DNA from: an uncultured bacterium
GTDB lineage: Bacteria > Patescibacteriota > Patescibacteriia > SG8-24 > DYFX01
Assembly: GCA_937900255.1 (NCBI GenBank)
Contig: CALCDZ010000004.1
Coordinates: 20,857-84,856 of the forward strand
Direction: 5' to 3'
Length of the DNA: 64,000 nucleotides
The notes beneath the pieces were generated by a model that was given only the letters and a program-made list of their open reading frames with translations, was not told the DNA's origin and made no database searches. The translations under genes and the position numbers were made by a program. This document shows, one piece after another, positions 22,300 through 31,872 of the stretch (positions are counted from its first letter, which is position 1; the number at the start of each line of letters is the position of its first letter).

Positions 22300-22737
22300 A
22301 TGCTGAAACTCCACTCGCTCAAGCCCGCCAAGGGCGCCAAGACCAGCACGCGCCGCCTCGGCCGCGGTCCCGGTTCCGGTCGCGGTAAGACCGCCGGTAA
22401 AGGTACCAAGGGCCAGAAGGCCCGCACGGGCGGCCGCAACAAGCTGCGCCTGATGGGCATGAAGATGATCATCCGCCGCATCCCGAAACTGCGCGGTTTC
22501 AAGAGTCATCACGGCAAGGCCGAAGTCATCACGCTCCGCGACCTCCAGAACGCCTTCCCGCAAGGCGGCATCGTCACGCGCGCCGAGCTGGCCAAGCGCG
22601 GCCTGCTCACGGGCGTCAAGGCGGAAGCCAAGGTGGTCGGCGGCGGCGAACTGGCCCGCAAGCTGACGCTCAAGGGCCTCAAGGTCTCTGCGGGAGCCAA
22701 GGCCGCGATCGAGAAGGCCGGCGGCACGGTTGCCTGA
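22300..22737 (+). CDS. rplO: 50S ribosomal protein L15
   Basis: RLGRGPGSGRGKTAGKGTKGQKAR. Confidence 0.96.
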   Translation: MLKLHSLKPAKGAKTSTRRLGRGPGSGRGKTAGKGTKGQKARTGGRNKLRLMGMKMIIRRIPKLRGFKSHHGKAEVITLRDLQNAFPQGGIVTRAELAKRGLLTGVKAEAKVVGGGELARKLTLKGLKVSAGAKAAIEKAGGTVA

Positions 22738-22767
22738 GCCTCGTCGTTGCGGTAGACTGCCTCTCGT

Positions 22768-24051
22768 ATGTGGGCCAAATTCTCCTTGCTCTGGAAACAG
22801 CACGATTTAAGGAACAGTATCCTTAAGGTACTGGGCATCCTGGTCGTCTTCCGCGTCGCCGCGCACATCCCGATCCCAGGCGTCGACATCGCCAACCTGA
22901 GGTCGTTCTTCCAGTCCAACCAGCTGTTGGGCCTGATGAACGTCTTCTCGGGAGGTACGCTCAACAACTTCTCCGTCGTCAGCCTGGGCGTCGGTCCGTA
23001 CATCACGGCCTCGATCATCCTCCAGCTCTTGGCGATGATCGTCCCGAGTCTTGAGGAACTGTCGAAGGACGGCGAACAGGGTCAGCGCAAGATCAACCAG
23101 TACACCCGCATCCTGGCCGTTCCGTTGGCTCTGCTGCAGGCGTACGGCATGATCAACCTCCTCAAGCAGTCCTCCGGCATCTTGCCGAACCTGAGCGTCT
23201 TCAGCCTGGCGACCACCATGCTGACGATGACGGCCGGCACCATCTTCCTGATGTGGCTGGGCGAACTGATCGACGAGCAGAAGATCGGCAACGGCATCTC
23301 GTTCCTGATCTTCGCGGGCATCGTCGCCCGCCTGCCGGATGCCGTCTCGCAGGCCATCCTGACCTACGACCCGACCAAGCTTGTGGCCTACGCCGCCTTC
23401 GCCCTGGTCGGCTTCGCCACCATCGCCGGCGTCGTGCTCATCACGGAGGCCCAGCGCAACATTCCGGTGACCTACGCCAAGCGCGTGGCCGGCACCAGCA
23501 CCACCGGCGGATCCAGCACGCATCTGCCGCTGCGCGTCAACATGGCCGGCGTGATCCCGATCATCTTCGCGATCTCCATCATCCTCTTCCCGCCGATGAT
23601 CGCGCAGTTCTTCGTCCACGCCAAGACGGCTTGGCTCGCCGCCGCGGCCGCCAAGACGATTACCCTGTTCCAGAACCAGCTGGTCTACGGCATCTCCTAC
23701 TTCGTGCTGGTCCTGGTCTTCACCTACTTCTACACGGCCGTCGTGTTCAAGCCGGAGCAGATCGCCGAGAACCTCCAGAAGCAGGGCGGCTACGTCCCGG
23801 GCATCCGTCCTGGCAAGCCGACGGCCGACTATCTGATGTATACCGTGAACCGCATCACCCTGGCCGGAGCCGTCTCGATCGCGATCATCGCGGTCCTGCC
23901 GCTCATCGTCCAGCAGTTCCTGACCGGTACCAAGAACCTGGTCGTCGGCGGCTCGTCGCTCCTCATCGTCGTCTCGGTCGTGCTGGAGATCGTCCGGCAG
24001 ATCGAATCCCAGATGACCATGCGCGAATACGACTACGACGCGGTGAAATAA
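22768..24051 (+). CDS. secY: Preprotein translocase subunit SecY
   Basis: [27 protein letters not shown]. Confidence 0.98.
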   Translation: MWAKFSLLWKQHDLRNSILKVLGILVVFRVAAHIPIPGVDIANLRSFFQSNQLLGLMNVFSGGTLNNFSVVSLGVGPYITASIILQLLAMIVPSLEELSKDGEQGQRKINQYTRILAVPLALLQAYGMINLLKQSSGILPNLSVFSLATTMLTMTAGTIFLMWLGELIDEQKIGNGISFLIFAGIVARLPDAVSQAILTYDPTKLVAYAAFALVGFATIAGVVLITEAQRNIPVTYAKRVAGTSTTGGSSTHLPLRVNMAGVIPIIFAISIILFPPMIAQFFVHAKTAWLAAAAAKTITLFQNQLVYGISYFVLVLVFTYFYTAVVFKPEQIAENLQKQGGYVPGIRPGKPTADYLMYTVNRITLAGAVSIAIIAVLPLIVQQFLTGTKNLVVGGSSLLIVVSVVLEIVRQIESQMTMREYDYDAVK

Positions 24052-24060
24052 GGAAACCTA

Positions 24061-24086
24061 AAAGGGCGGCCGAAAGGCCGTTCTTT
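24061..24086 (+). terminator. Terminator after secY
   Basis: AAAGGGCGGCC-GAAA-GGCCGTTCTTT. Confidence 0.7.
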
Positions 24087-24145
24087 CGGTTCTTGACACC
24101 CGTGGTTGCGTCCGTGGTAGGAGGCAGGGGTATACTCTTAACGAT

Positions 24146-24391
24146 ATGCCAATGCTCACCCAGGACGACCTTAAAGCCATCGGTCAGCTCGTCGATGAAA
24201 AGATGGACCAGAAGTTCTTGAAATTTGAGGCGTGCATCGTACCGGAGATCGTCAAACAGGTCGGGGAAAAGGTCGTGGCGGACGTGGGCGAGATGATCGA
24301 CGAGAACATCTTGCCGGAATTCGATCGCCTCGAAAATCGTCTCGTCACCAAGTCCTACCTCGACGATAAGCTCGCGGGCTACGTGAAGTAG
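24146..24391 (+). CDS. Small helical hypothetical protein
   Basis: 81-aa amphipathic ORF (MLTQDDLKAIGQLV...); TATACT -10 at 24131. Confidence 0.7.
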   Translation: MPMLTQDDLKAIGQLVDEKMDQKFLKFEACIVPEIVKQVGEKVVADVGEMIDENILPEFDRLENRLVTKSYLDDKLAGYVK

Positions 24392-24400
24392 GTGTTTTGA

Positions 24401-25267
24401 ATGTCTGACCTTTCGCCGCACCGTCCCGCCATCGTGCTGCCGAAAGGGGAGCGGGTCTCGATTCTGGTCCATGGGCTGCTGATCTTCGGGGGCGTGGGTG
24501 CCATGGCGCTTGGCGCGACTTCGAAGACGGCGTCGTTGGGCGGCGCTGTCCTATCGCAGGCCGTCTCCGTGCCATACCTGCTGGCAGCATTCTTGCTGAT
24601 CGTGTCCATACCGTCCTTGGCGCTGAAAGTGTCCAGGAATCCCGCCGTGTTCAGGGGCCTGTTCGCGCTCCTCATTTTCATGGGGTCCTGGTCCATCGCA
24701 GGCACGTATCTGCCGCCCGCCCCTGCGCTCCTCGTCGCGGCGGCCATCACGCTGCTTCATGCGTTTTGGAAAACGGCCATGGCCGCGAATGCGTCCCTCG
24801 CGATCGGCACGGCAGGCATCGCGGCAGGTATCGCGAAGGTTTTTTCTCCGGACGCCCTGCTGTTCCTTTTGACGGCGCTCTCTTTTTACGATATCTTGGC
24901 GGTCTATCGGACCGGACATATGGTCAGGATGTTCCGGGAACTGCGTTCTCTCGGCGCGGTCCTCGCCTTCCTGCTCACGCCGCTGCGTTTTTCGGATCTG
25001 ACGACACCCGCAGCTTCGAGGCCTGAACGTCCCGGCATGCTGCTCGGCGTCGGCGACGTGTTCATGCCGGTCGCGCTGGCCTGCGCCGCGCTCCGTCAAG
25101 GCTTCCTGCCGGCCGTCGCCGCGGTTTCCGGTGCCGCGGCGGGGTTCGCCGCGACGTATCTGCTGTATCTCGCCCAACCGAAACGCGCGCCGATGCCCGC
25201 GTTGCCGCCCATCGCCCTCGGAGCGATCATCGCCTACGCCGTCTCACTCCTCATCCAGCACCCATGA
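24401..25267 (+). CDS. Presenilin/signal-peptide-peptidase (A22, GxGD) intramembrane aspartyl protease
   Basis: YD (SFYDILAV), GxGD (LGVGD) and PAL (PMPALPP) motifs in the correct order; about 9 hydrophobic segments. Confidence 0.88.
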   Translation: MSDLSPHRPAIVLPKGERVSILVHGLLIFGGVGAMALGATSKTASLGGAVLSQAVSVPYLLAAFLLIVSIPSLALKVSRNPAVFRGLFALLIFMGSWSIAGTYLPPAPALLVAAAITLLHAFWKTAMAANASLAIGTAGIAAGIAKVFSPDALLFLLTALSFYDILAVYRTGHMVRMFRELRSLGAVLAFLLTPLRFSDLTTPAASRPERPGMLLGVGDVFMPVALACAALRQGFLPAVAAVSGAAAGFAATYLLYLAQPKRAPMPALPPIALGAIIAYAVSLLIQHP

Positions 25268-26013
25268 AGAAGATGAAAGTCGCCGTCATCGGCACCCTGG
25301 CTTCCGGCAAGGGCACGCAGTCGCACATCCTCTCGGTCCTGATGGGCGCGCCGGCCGTCTCGATCGGAGACCTGCTCCGGGATCTCCAAGGGGAAGATTC
25401 GGAGCGCGGGCGCTCCGCAAAGGTCGAGATGGCTAAAGGCGCATTCGTTCCGGACGGCGTCATCCTTCCGCTCGTCAAGGCTTGGATTTCCAAGCGTCCG
25501 AAAGGATGGATCGTCGACGGTTTTCCGCGTTCGATCGCGCAGGCTGATGCCTGCGCGCGGTTCTTCAAGCCGGATGCGGTCGTCTATCTCGAGATCCCGG
25601 ATGCGGAAGCGCTGCGGCGCAGCACGTACCGGCGCGTCTGCTCGAAGTGCAAGACCAACTATAATCTCGCCACCCAGCCGCCTCATGATCCGCAAGGACG
25701 TTGCGACGTCTGCGGCGGCACGCTCGTCCGCCGCGAGGATGACGCGCCTGAAATCGTCGAGCGACGCCTGCGCCATCATCATGAGGTCACCGAACCCCTC
25801 AAGCAGCGGTTCGCGAAGAGCCGGCGCCTCGTCCTGGTCGACGCCAGGGACGGCATCCCGGAGGTCGCCCGCGAAGTCCAGCGTCAGCTCGAATCGTTCA
25901 TGGCCGCGCGAGACCGCAAAAGGAGGATCGCCGCATGGTGCCTCTTCGCGACGGCAGCGGCTCTTTCCATCGCCGTCCTCTGCGTCTATACCGGATGGGT
26001 CCTGAATGGCTGA
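25264..26013 (+). CDS. adk: Adenylate kinase with C-terminal transmembrane tail
   Basis: SGKGTQS P-loop, SIGDLLR, DGFPRS, Zn LID CSKC/CDVC, RREDD; hydrophobic C-terminus. Confidence 0.9.
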   Translation: MKKMKVAVIGTLASGKGTQSHILSVLMGAPAVSIGDLLRDLQGEDSERGRSAKVEMAKGAFVPDGVILPLVKAWISKRPKGWIVDGFPRSIAQADACARFFKPDAVVYLEIPDAEALRRSTYRRVCSKCKTNYNLATQPPHDPQGRCDVCGGTLVRREDDAPEIVERRLRHHHEVTEPLKQRFAKSRRLVLVDARDGIPEVAREVQRQLESFMAARDRKRRIAAWCLFATAAALSIAVLCVYTGWVLNG

Positions 26014-26052
26014 ATTGACTCCGGCCTTCAAAAAAGCTATCTTCTTGGGGTT

Positions 26053-26829
26053 ATGGCCATCGTGATTTACGGAGAAAAAGAGATCGTATCCCTCCGCCAA
26101 GGCGGCAAGCTCCTTGCGGAGATTTTGGGCGAACTGGCACGGATGACCGCTCCCGGAGTCTCGACCGCCAACCTCGATGCGCACGCGGAAAAGCGCATGC
26201 GCGACGCGGGTGGGGCGCCGTCTTTCAAGGGGTACAAGGCCGGCGGCAACGTGCCTTTCAACGGCACGGTCTGCACGTCCATCAATCATGAAGTGGTCCA
26301 TGCGCCTCCGTACCCAGGTCGCACCCTCAAGGAAGGGGACATCATCTCCCTCGATATCGGCATGCGCTACGAGGGCCTTTGCACGGACATGGCCGTCACG
26401 GTACCGGTCGGCAAGGTGCCGGAAAAGGCGCTCAGGCTCATCCGGGTCACGCGCGATTCGCTCTTGGCGGGCGTCGAGAACGTCCGACCTGGCGGCAAGA
26501 TCAGGAATATCGGCAAGGCGGTCCAAGCGGTCGTGGAGAGCGGCGGTTTCGGCGTCGTGCGCGCCCTGGTGGGTCACGGCGTCGGTCATGCCGTCCACGA
26601 GGATCCTCAGGTCCCGAACTTCGACGATCCCGATTCCCCGAAAGTCGTCATGAAGAAGGGGATGGTCTTGGCCATCGAGCCGATGGTCACCGAGGGATCG
26701 TGGGAGGTGGAAATGGCTCGGGACCAATGGACCATCTTCACCCAGGACCGCAGGCTCGCCGCCCACTGGGAAGTGACGGTCGCGGTGACGGAAGACGGCT
26801 ACGAGATCCTGACGCCCTTGCCGGTGTGA
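26053..26829 (+). CDS. map: Methionine aminopeptidase type I
   Basis: SINHEVVH, DIG..DMA, GHGVG..HEDP, IEPM, AHWE. Confidence 0.96.
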   Translation: MAIVIYGEKEIVSLRQGGKLLAEILGELARMTAPGVSTANLDAHAEKRMRDAGGAPSFKGYKAGGNVPFNGTVCTSINHEVVHAPPYPGRTLKEGDIISLDIGMRYEGLCTDMAVTVPVGKVPEKALRLIRVTRDSLLAGVENVRPGGKIRNIGKAVQAVVESGGFGVVRALVGHGVGHAVHEDPQVPNFDDPDSPKVVMKKGMVLAIEPMVTEGSWEVEMARDQWTIFTQDRRLAAHWEVTVAVTEDGYEILTPLPV

Positions 26830-27248
26830 ATATCCTCTCGATCGATCACGGTTCGAAGCGCGTCGGCCTGGCGATCGGTTCGACCGAAACCGGCACCGCC
26901 GCCCCGCTCCGCGTCCTTCCGCACCGAGGAGAGGCGGCGCTCATCGATGACATCAAGGCTATCGTCCGGAAAGAATCCGTCGGATGCGTGATCGTCGGCG
27001 AGCCTTTTTCGAACTCCGGCGGCGCCAGCGCCCAGACCGATCTCGTCCGGGTCTTCGCTTCCAAGCTGGCGGATGCGCTCGGCGTCCCGGTCACGCTCCA
27101 GGATGAGCGCCTTTCGAGCCGTGAGATCGAAGCGCATATGCAGGCGATGGGTGGGAAGAAGGCGTGGAAAGCGTCCGGTCTGGACCGGGACTCCGCCGCC
27201 GCGACCCTCTTCCTGCAGTTGTATCTCGACCGGAGAGCCTTGCCATGA
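26826..27248 (+). CDS. yqgF: YqgF/RuvX pre-16S rRNA nuclease
   Basis: SIDHGSKRVGLA, VGEP, DERLSS, DSAAA; GTG start overlapping map stop. Confidence 0.9.
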   Translation: MNILSIDHGSKRVGLAIGSTETGTAAPLRVLPHRGEAALIDDIKAIVRKESVGCVIVGEPFSNSGGASAQTDLVRVFASKLADALGVPVTLQDERLSSREIEAHMQAMGGKKAWKASGLDRDSAAATLFLQLYLDRRALP

Positions 27249-28009
27249 CCACCTTCCACGCCCGCGGCATCATCCTGCGCCGGGAGATCTGGCGCGATGC
27301 CGCCCGGCTCTACACCATCTATACCCGCGAGTCGGGCAAGCTTCTGGCGGTCGGGCGCGGCACGCGCAAGCTGCTCTCGAAGCTCGGCGCGCATCTCGAA
27401 CCCTACACCCTGGTCGACCTGCACCTGGCGCGCGGCCGCAAGTCGGAGACGATCTGCGGCGCCGTCACGCTGCGGGCTTCGGAACCGCTGGCGTCGGACG
27501 ACGAACGCTATCTGGCCGCCTCGTTCACGGCCGAAGCGGTCGATCATTTCGTGAAGACGGGCGAGCGCGACGACGACCTTTGGAACCTGATCGAAAGTTG
27601 GTACGCGGACCTTTCCGTGCTGCCCGAGGACCGCATCGGCGCCCGTCTCTCCGTCTTCGTCTGGCGCTTCATGGCGCACCTCGGATACCACCCCAAGCTG
27701 GACGAGTGCCTCGAATGCGGGCGTGCCTTGCGTTATGAAGCCGTGCGCTTCCTGCCGGCGCGCGGCGCGGCCTGCTGCCGCCTTTGCCCGCTCGACGAAC
27801 GATCCTTGGCCGGCTCCGTCTCCCTTGCGGCCTCCGAACGGGATGGGATCGCCGAATGCCTCGAAGGGAACCCCATGCCGCTTCCTTCTCCCGCCGTCCG
27901 TACCGCCGCCTTGGCGCTGCTCGAAGCCCACCTCGACCGCCCGCTCACCAGCCTGCCGTTCGTCCAGGCGTGCGTGGCGGATGTTTCGCGTGCTATACTT
28001 GAGGCATGA
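27245..28009 (+). CDS. recO: DNA repair protein RecO
   Basis: YTRESGKL..RGTRKLLSKL..LEP; Zn finger CLEC..CRLC. Confidence 0.9.
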   Translation: MTTFHARGIILRREIWRDAARLYTIYTRESGKLLAVGRGTRKLLSKLGAHLEPYTLVDLHLARGRKSETICGAVTLRASEPLASDDERYLAASFTAEAVDHFVKTGERDDDLWNLIESWYADLSVLPEDRIGARLSVFVWRFMAHLGYHPKLDECLECGRALRYEAVRFLPARGAACCRLCPLDERSLAGSVSLAASERDGIAECLEGNPMPLPSPAVRTAALALLEAHLDRPLTSLPFVQACVADVSRAILEA

Positions 28010-28704
28010 ATTCTATGGAACCGATCCATCAAAAACCTGACTTTTCGCGCCGGCCGGTGGCCGGAATGATCGTCATCCTGTTCGCGGCGCTGTTCATTGG
28101 CGGGTGGTTATATGTCGATGCCGTCCGAAACGAACTTGAATCAAAGGTCGAAGCCGCAGATGCGCGGACAGCGAGCGTCAAATCTGCGCTTACCGAGTTC
28201 GCGCGCCAACAGACTGTTCAGACACTTGCGGTCTCCTCAAAGGATCAGGATGAAAAGCCTTTTCCGCTTCCCGGAACGCCATTTGCCATCTTCCTTCCCA
28301 AGGACTTAGAAGCGGATGCTACAGGTCCTGACAGCGCAAGATTCACAAGAGGTGGTGAAGTCGTGATGTCGTTCAGTTGCGACACCCGGGAAGTTCAAGC
28401 GGCACGGAAGGGAAAGACGCTTGGTCCGGCCACGGTGATTCCGTTTTCTGAAATTGGCTGCGAGGGCGAAGGGTCAGACTGTGACGGTTTTCTAGAAAGG
28501 ATTACGGCGGGATCTGCAGCACTCTATAGCTTTGATAAGGATATCCGTCCGCGTTCTGCGATTGTCATGCAGGCAAAAGGAAGTGCACGCGCCTGCGCGC
28601 TGACGGAACGCATCACGAAATATGCCGTCGACCAGAATCTCGGCCCACATTTTTCGAACCTTTTTAACCTCCATTACGCAAGCAATTTCGCCAGCAGTAA
28701 TTGA
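28006..28704 (+). CDS. Hypothetical membrane-anchored exported protein
   Basis: N-terminal TM, short coiled coil, 4 Cys; lower GC than neighbours. Confidence 0.7.
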   Translation: MNSMEPIHQKPDFSRRPVAGMIVILFAALFIGGWLYVDAVRNELESKVEAADARTASVKSALTEFARQQTVQTLAVSSKDQDEKPFPLPGTPFAIFLPKDLEADATGPDSARFTRGGEVVMSFSCDTREVQAARKGKTLGPATVIPFSEIGCEGEGSDCDGFLERITAGSAALYSFDKDIRPRSAIVMQAKGSARACALTERITKYAVDQNLGPHFSNLFNLHYASNFASSN

Positions 28705-28767
28705 GGGAAGGCCCGCCTTCCGGCGGGTCTTGTTTTTCCGCAAGTTCCGGGCTAAGGTAAGCCTGCT

Positions 28768-30066
28768 ATGGAATACACCCTCGTCAAAGATATCGCCGCC
28801 AAGGCGGGCCAGGACGTCCTCTTGAAAGGCTGGTGCTACAACTTCCGCTCGTCCGGTTCGATCTTCTTCCTGCAGCTGCGCGACGGCTCCGGCCGCATCC
28901 AGGCCGTCGTCTCCAAGAAGGAGATCGGCGAAGACGCCTGGAACGCCTGCCAGTCGCTCTCGATCGAAGCGTCGGTCGAGGTCGAAGGCGCGGTGAAGGC
29001 CGAACCGCGTTCGGCCTCCGGTTTCGAGATCCAGGCCAGATCCGTGCGCGTCGTCGCCCTGCCGTCCCAGGAGTTCCCGATCGGCAAGAAGGAGCACGGC
29101 GTCGAGTTCCTGATGGACATGCGGCACCTCTGGCTGCGCAGCTCGCGCCAGGAGGCGATCCTGCGCGTCCGCGACGAGATCGAGTTCGCCATGCGCGAAT
29201 TCATGCGCGAGCGGGGATTCACCCTGACCGATTCGCCGATCTTCACGCCGAACGCCGCCGAGAGCACCTCGGAGCTGTTCGAAGTGAAATATTTCGACGA
29301 CAAGGCCTACCTCTCCCAGTCCGGACAGCTGTACCTTGAAGCCACTTCCAGCGCGCTCGGCAAGAGCTACTGCTTCGGTCCGACCTTCCGCTCCGAAAAA
29401 TCCAAGACGCGCCGCCACCTGACGGAGTTCTGGATGCTGGAGGCCGAAGCGTCCTTCATGGACTATGTCCAGAACATGCAGCTGCAGGAGGACCTGGTCG
29501 TCCATGTGGTGAAGAAAGTGCTGGCCAACCGCCGCGAGGACTTGAAGACGCTGGAGCGCGACGTCGCGCCGCTCGAACAGGTCGCGGAGGGCGGTTTCCC
29601 GCGCATCACTCACGCCGAAGCGGTCGCCAAGCTCCGCGAGCTCGGCAGCGACATCAAGGAAGGGGACGACCTCGGCGCCGACGACGAGACGCTCCTCACC
29701 CAGCAATACGACAAGCCGATCTTCGTCCACCACTATCCGGTCGAGATCAAGGCCTTCTACATGAAGCCAGACCCTCAGGACCCCAGCCGCGTCCTGAACG
29801 ACGACCTGCTCGCCCCCGAAGGCTATGGCGAGATCATCGGCGGTTCCCAGCGCATCGACGATCTGGCGCTGCTCGAACAGCGCATCAAGGATCACGGCCT
29901 GCCGATGGAAGCCTTCGAATGGTATCTCGACATCCGCCGCTACGGCTCCGTCCCGCACTCCGGCTTCGGCATCGGCCTCGAACGCACCGTCGCCTGGATC
30001 TGCAAGCTTCCGCACGTCCGCGAGACCATCCCGTTCGCGCGGCTGTTGAACAGGTTGAAGCCTTAG
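28768..30066 (+). CDS. asnS: Asparagine--tRNA ligase
   Basis: FLQLRDGSG, YLSQSGQLYLE, TRRHLTEFWM, YGSVPHSGFGIGLER. Confidence 0.95.
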   Translation: MEYTLVKDIAAKAGQDVLLKGWCYNFRSSGSIFFLQLRDGSGRIQAVVSKKEIGEDAWNACQSLSIEASVEVEGAVKAEPRSASGFEIQARSVRVVALPSQEFPIGKKEHGVEFLMDMRHLWLRSSRQEAILRVRDEIEFAMREFMRERGFTLTDSPIFTPNAAESTSELFEVKYFDDKAYLSQSGQLYLEATSSALGKSYCFGPTFRSEKSKTRRHLTEFWMLEAEASFMDYVQNMQLQEDLVVHVVKKVLANRREDLKTLERDVAPLEQVAEGGFPRITHAEAVAKLRELGSDIKEGDDLGADDETLLTQQYDKPIFVHHYPVEIKAFYMKPDPQDPSRVLNDDLLAPEGYGEIIGGSQRIDDLALLEQRIKDHGLPMEAFEWYLDIRRYGSVPHSGFGIGLERTVAWICKLPHVRETIPFARLLNRLKP

Positions 30067-30072
30067 CACGCA

Positions 30073-30921
30073 ATGCCTCTTATTGATTCGTTGGTTTCAA
30101 GTGCATCCAATACCGTTGCGTATTTTGATGACCATCAAGGTTTTCTGACGGTTGTTGGGTGGTTTGCTGCAGCCGTTCTCGGTTTGTTGTTTGGTTTGAG
30201 ACAGCAAAAACAAGCCCTTAGGGATCAAGCTAGATTGGAGATATATAAAGATATCAATCAAGACAAACACCAATTGATTGAGGCCTATATCGAATTGTCG
30301 ACAACGGTTTCTAAATTTGGATTGAGTACAACCTTCATAAATTTGAAGGGTAGAAAGAATGGCGTGACTACGGATAAAACTGAGCTAGATATATGGCAAG
30401 AGTACAGCAACCGATCGCTCGAGAGTATCAGTAAGTTTGTCGATGCCTATAGAAAGTTTTGGGGATCTGTCGATTCATGGATAGGAATGATGCGGGACCT
30501 GCAGAAAGCTAAAGATTTATACTTTAAGAAGTTAACGGATCTGAGCAGTAGTCTTTGGGTACTACAGAGAGAATTTTCTGATCTGGGGACTGAATTAATT
30601 GTCGACAGTGCGAGTTTTTATTCAAAGGAGAAATCTCTAGAAGAAGAAATTCAAACCAAGTACAACGAGATCTCAGAAACCATTGGCTTTACGGATGATT
30701 TTATGATGCTTATTCATAACGAATTGATTGGCGGTGTGGTCGGTTTTACAAAACGTCCAAGAGAGGACGTGTATGTAAGCGCACCCGTCACAATAAGCGT
30801 ATTGACAAATAAAGGTTTCAAGAAAGTTACTATGAAACCTGTCACTAAGAAATCCCCCTGGTATAGAGAGGTGAACTTGGCTGGAATCCCCGACGACCAA
30901 GAAAATAAGCGTGGGGTCTGA
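30073..30921 (+). CDS. AT-rich hypothetical protein with N-terminal TM
   Basis: 282-aa intact ORF; sharply lower GC than the rest of the window. Confidence 0.75.
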   Translation: MPLIDSLVSSASNTVAYFDDHQGFLTVVGWFAAAVLGLLFGLRQQKQALRDQARLEIYKDINQDKHQLIEAYIELSTTVSKFGLSTTFINLKGRKNGVTTDKTELDIWQEYSNRSLESISKFVDAYRKFWGSVDSWIGMMRDLQKAKDLYFKKLTDLSSSLWVLQREFSDLGTELIVDSASFYSKEKSLEEEIQTKYNEISETIGFTDDFMMLIHNELIGGVVGFTKRPREDVYVSAPVTISVLTNKGFKKVTMKPVTKKSPWYREVNLAGIPDDQENKRGV

Positions 30922-30932
30922 ACAGGCAGGCC

Positions 30933-31748
30933 CTAGCCCAACCGGAATCCCCGCATCGAGATGCTGCCGTAGACGACGCCTTCGTTGAAGAACGAGGGCG
31001 TTTCGTCTTTTTCTTGGAGGCCGAGGGCGTAGAGCATCGGCCAGTAATGGTCGGGCGTGGGGATGGAGAGCTGGGCGGCGTGGCCGAGGTTCGCGTAGTC
31101 GATGAGGGCGTCGTGGTCGCCATCGGCGATGAGTTTGTGGGAGACGGCGTCGAACTCGGCGGCCCAATCGAACGGGCGGTCCGCGGAGGGGTCGATCATG
31201 CCGAGGTTGTGCACGATGTTGCCGCTGCCCATGATCAGCACGCCTTTGCGGCGCAGGGGAGCGAGCGCCCGCCCGAGGTCGTAGTGGAAGCGCGACGGCT
31301 TGGTATAGTCGAGGCTCAGCTGGAAGGTCGGGACGTCGGCGTCCGGGTAAAGGCGTTTCAACACCGACCAGGTGCCGTGGTCGAGGCCCCACTCGGTGTC
31401 GAGCCCGATCGGGAAACCTTCCGCCGCCCGACGTGCCTCTTCAGCCGCGGCCGGTGCGCCCGGACAGGGGTAGCGCTGGTCGTAGAGCTCCTGAGGGAAG
31501 CCGTAGAAATCGTGGATGGTGCGCGGTTCGGCCGAGACGTTGACCATCGTGCCTTTCACGAACCAGTGCGCGGAAATCGAAAGGACGGCGCGCGGCTTGG
31601 GCAGCTCCCGTCCGATTTCCGTCCACGTCCGCGAGAACGCGTTGTCCGTGATGGCATTCATCGGATCGCCATGCCCGACGAACAGGACCGGCATCCGTTC
31701 GGTGGCAGGGAACGCTCCGGCGGCCGACTGGAATTCCTTGATGGTCAT
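30933..31748 (-). CDS. ygiD: 4,5-DOPA extradiol dioxygenase (LigB family)
   Basis: FVGHGDPMNA, ISAHW, TIHDFYGFP, GLDHGTW, GSGNIVHNL, PTPDHY. Confidence 0.92.
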   Translation of the reverse strand: MTIKEFQSAAGAFPATERMPVLFVGHGDPMNAITDNAFSRTWTEIGRELPKPRAVLSISAHWFVKGTMVNVSAEPRTIHDFYGFPQELYDQRYPCPGAPAAAEEARRAAEGFPIGLDTEWGLDHGTWSVLKRLYPDADVPTFQLSLDYTKPSRFHYDLGRALAPLRRKGVLIMGSGNIVHNLGMIDPSADRPFDWAAEFDAVSHKLIADGDHDALIDYANLGHAAQLSIPTPDHYWPMLYALGLQEKDETPSFFNEGVVYGSISMRGFRLG

Positions 31749-31784
31749 ATGAGAGCAGTATACCCGTATCCGACTTCGGTCAGA

Positions 31785-31812
31785 AGTACCTAAAAAATGG
31801 CTTATATAAGCT
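31785..31812. other. dif-like 11-6-11 site overlapping an AT-rich palindrome
   Basis: AGTACCTAAAA-AATGGC-TTATATAAGCT. Confidence 0.35.
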
Positions 31813-31872
31813 ATTTTTATCGAATCCGTGGCGAGTTGAACATCCGGCAGCCGCATGTTAGAGTGCCTTCAT

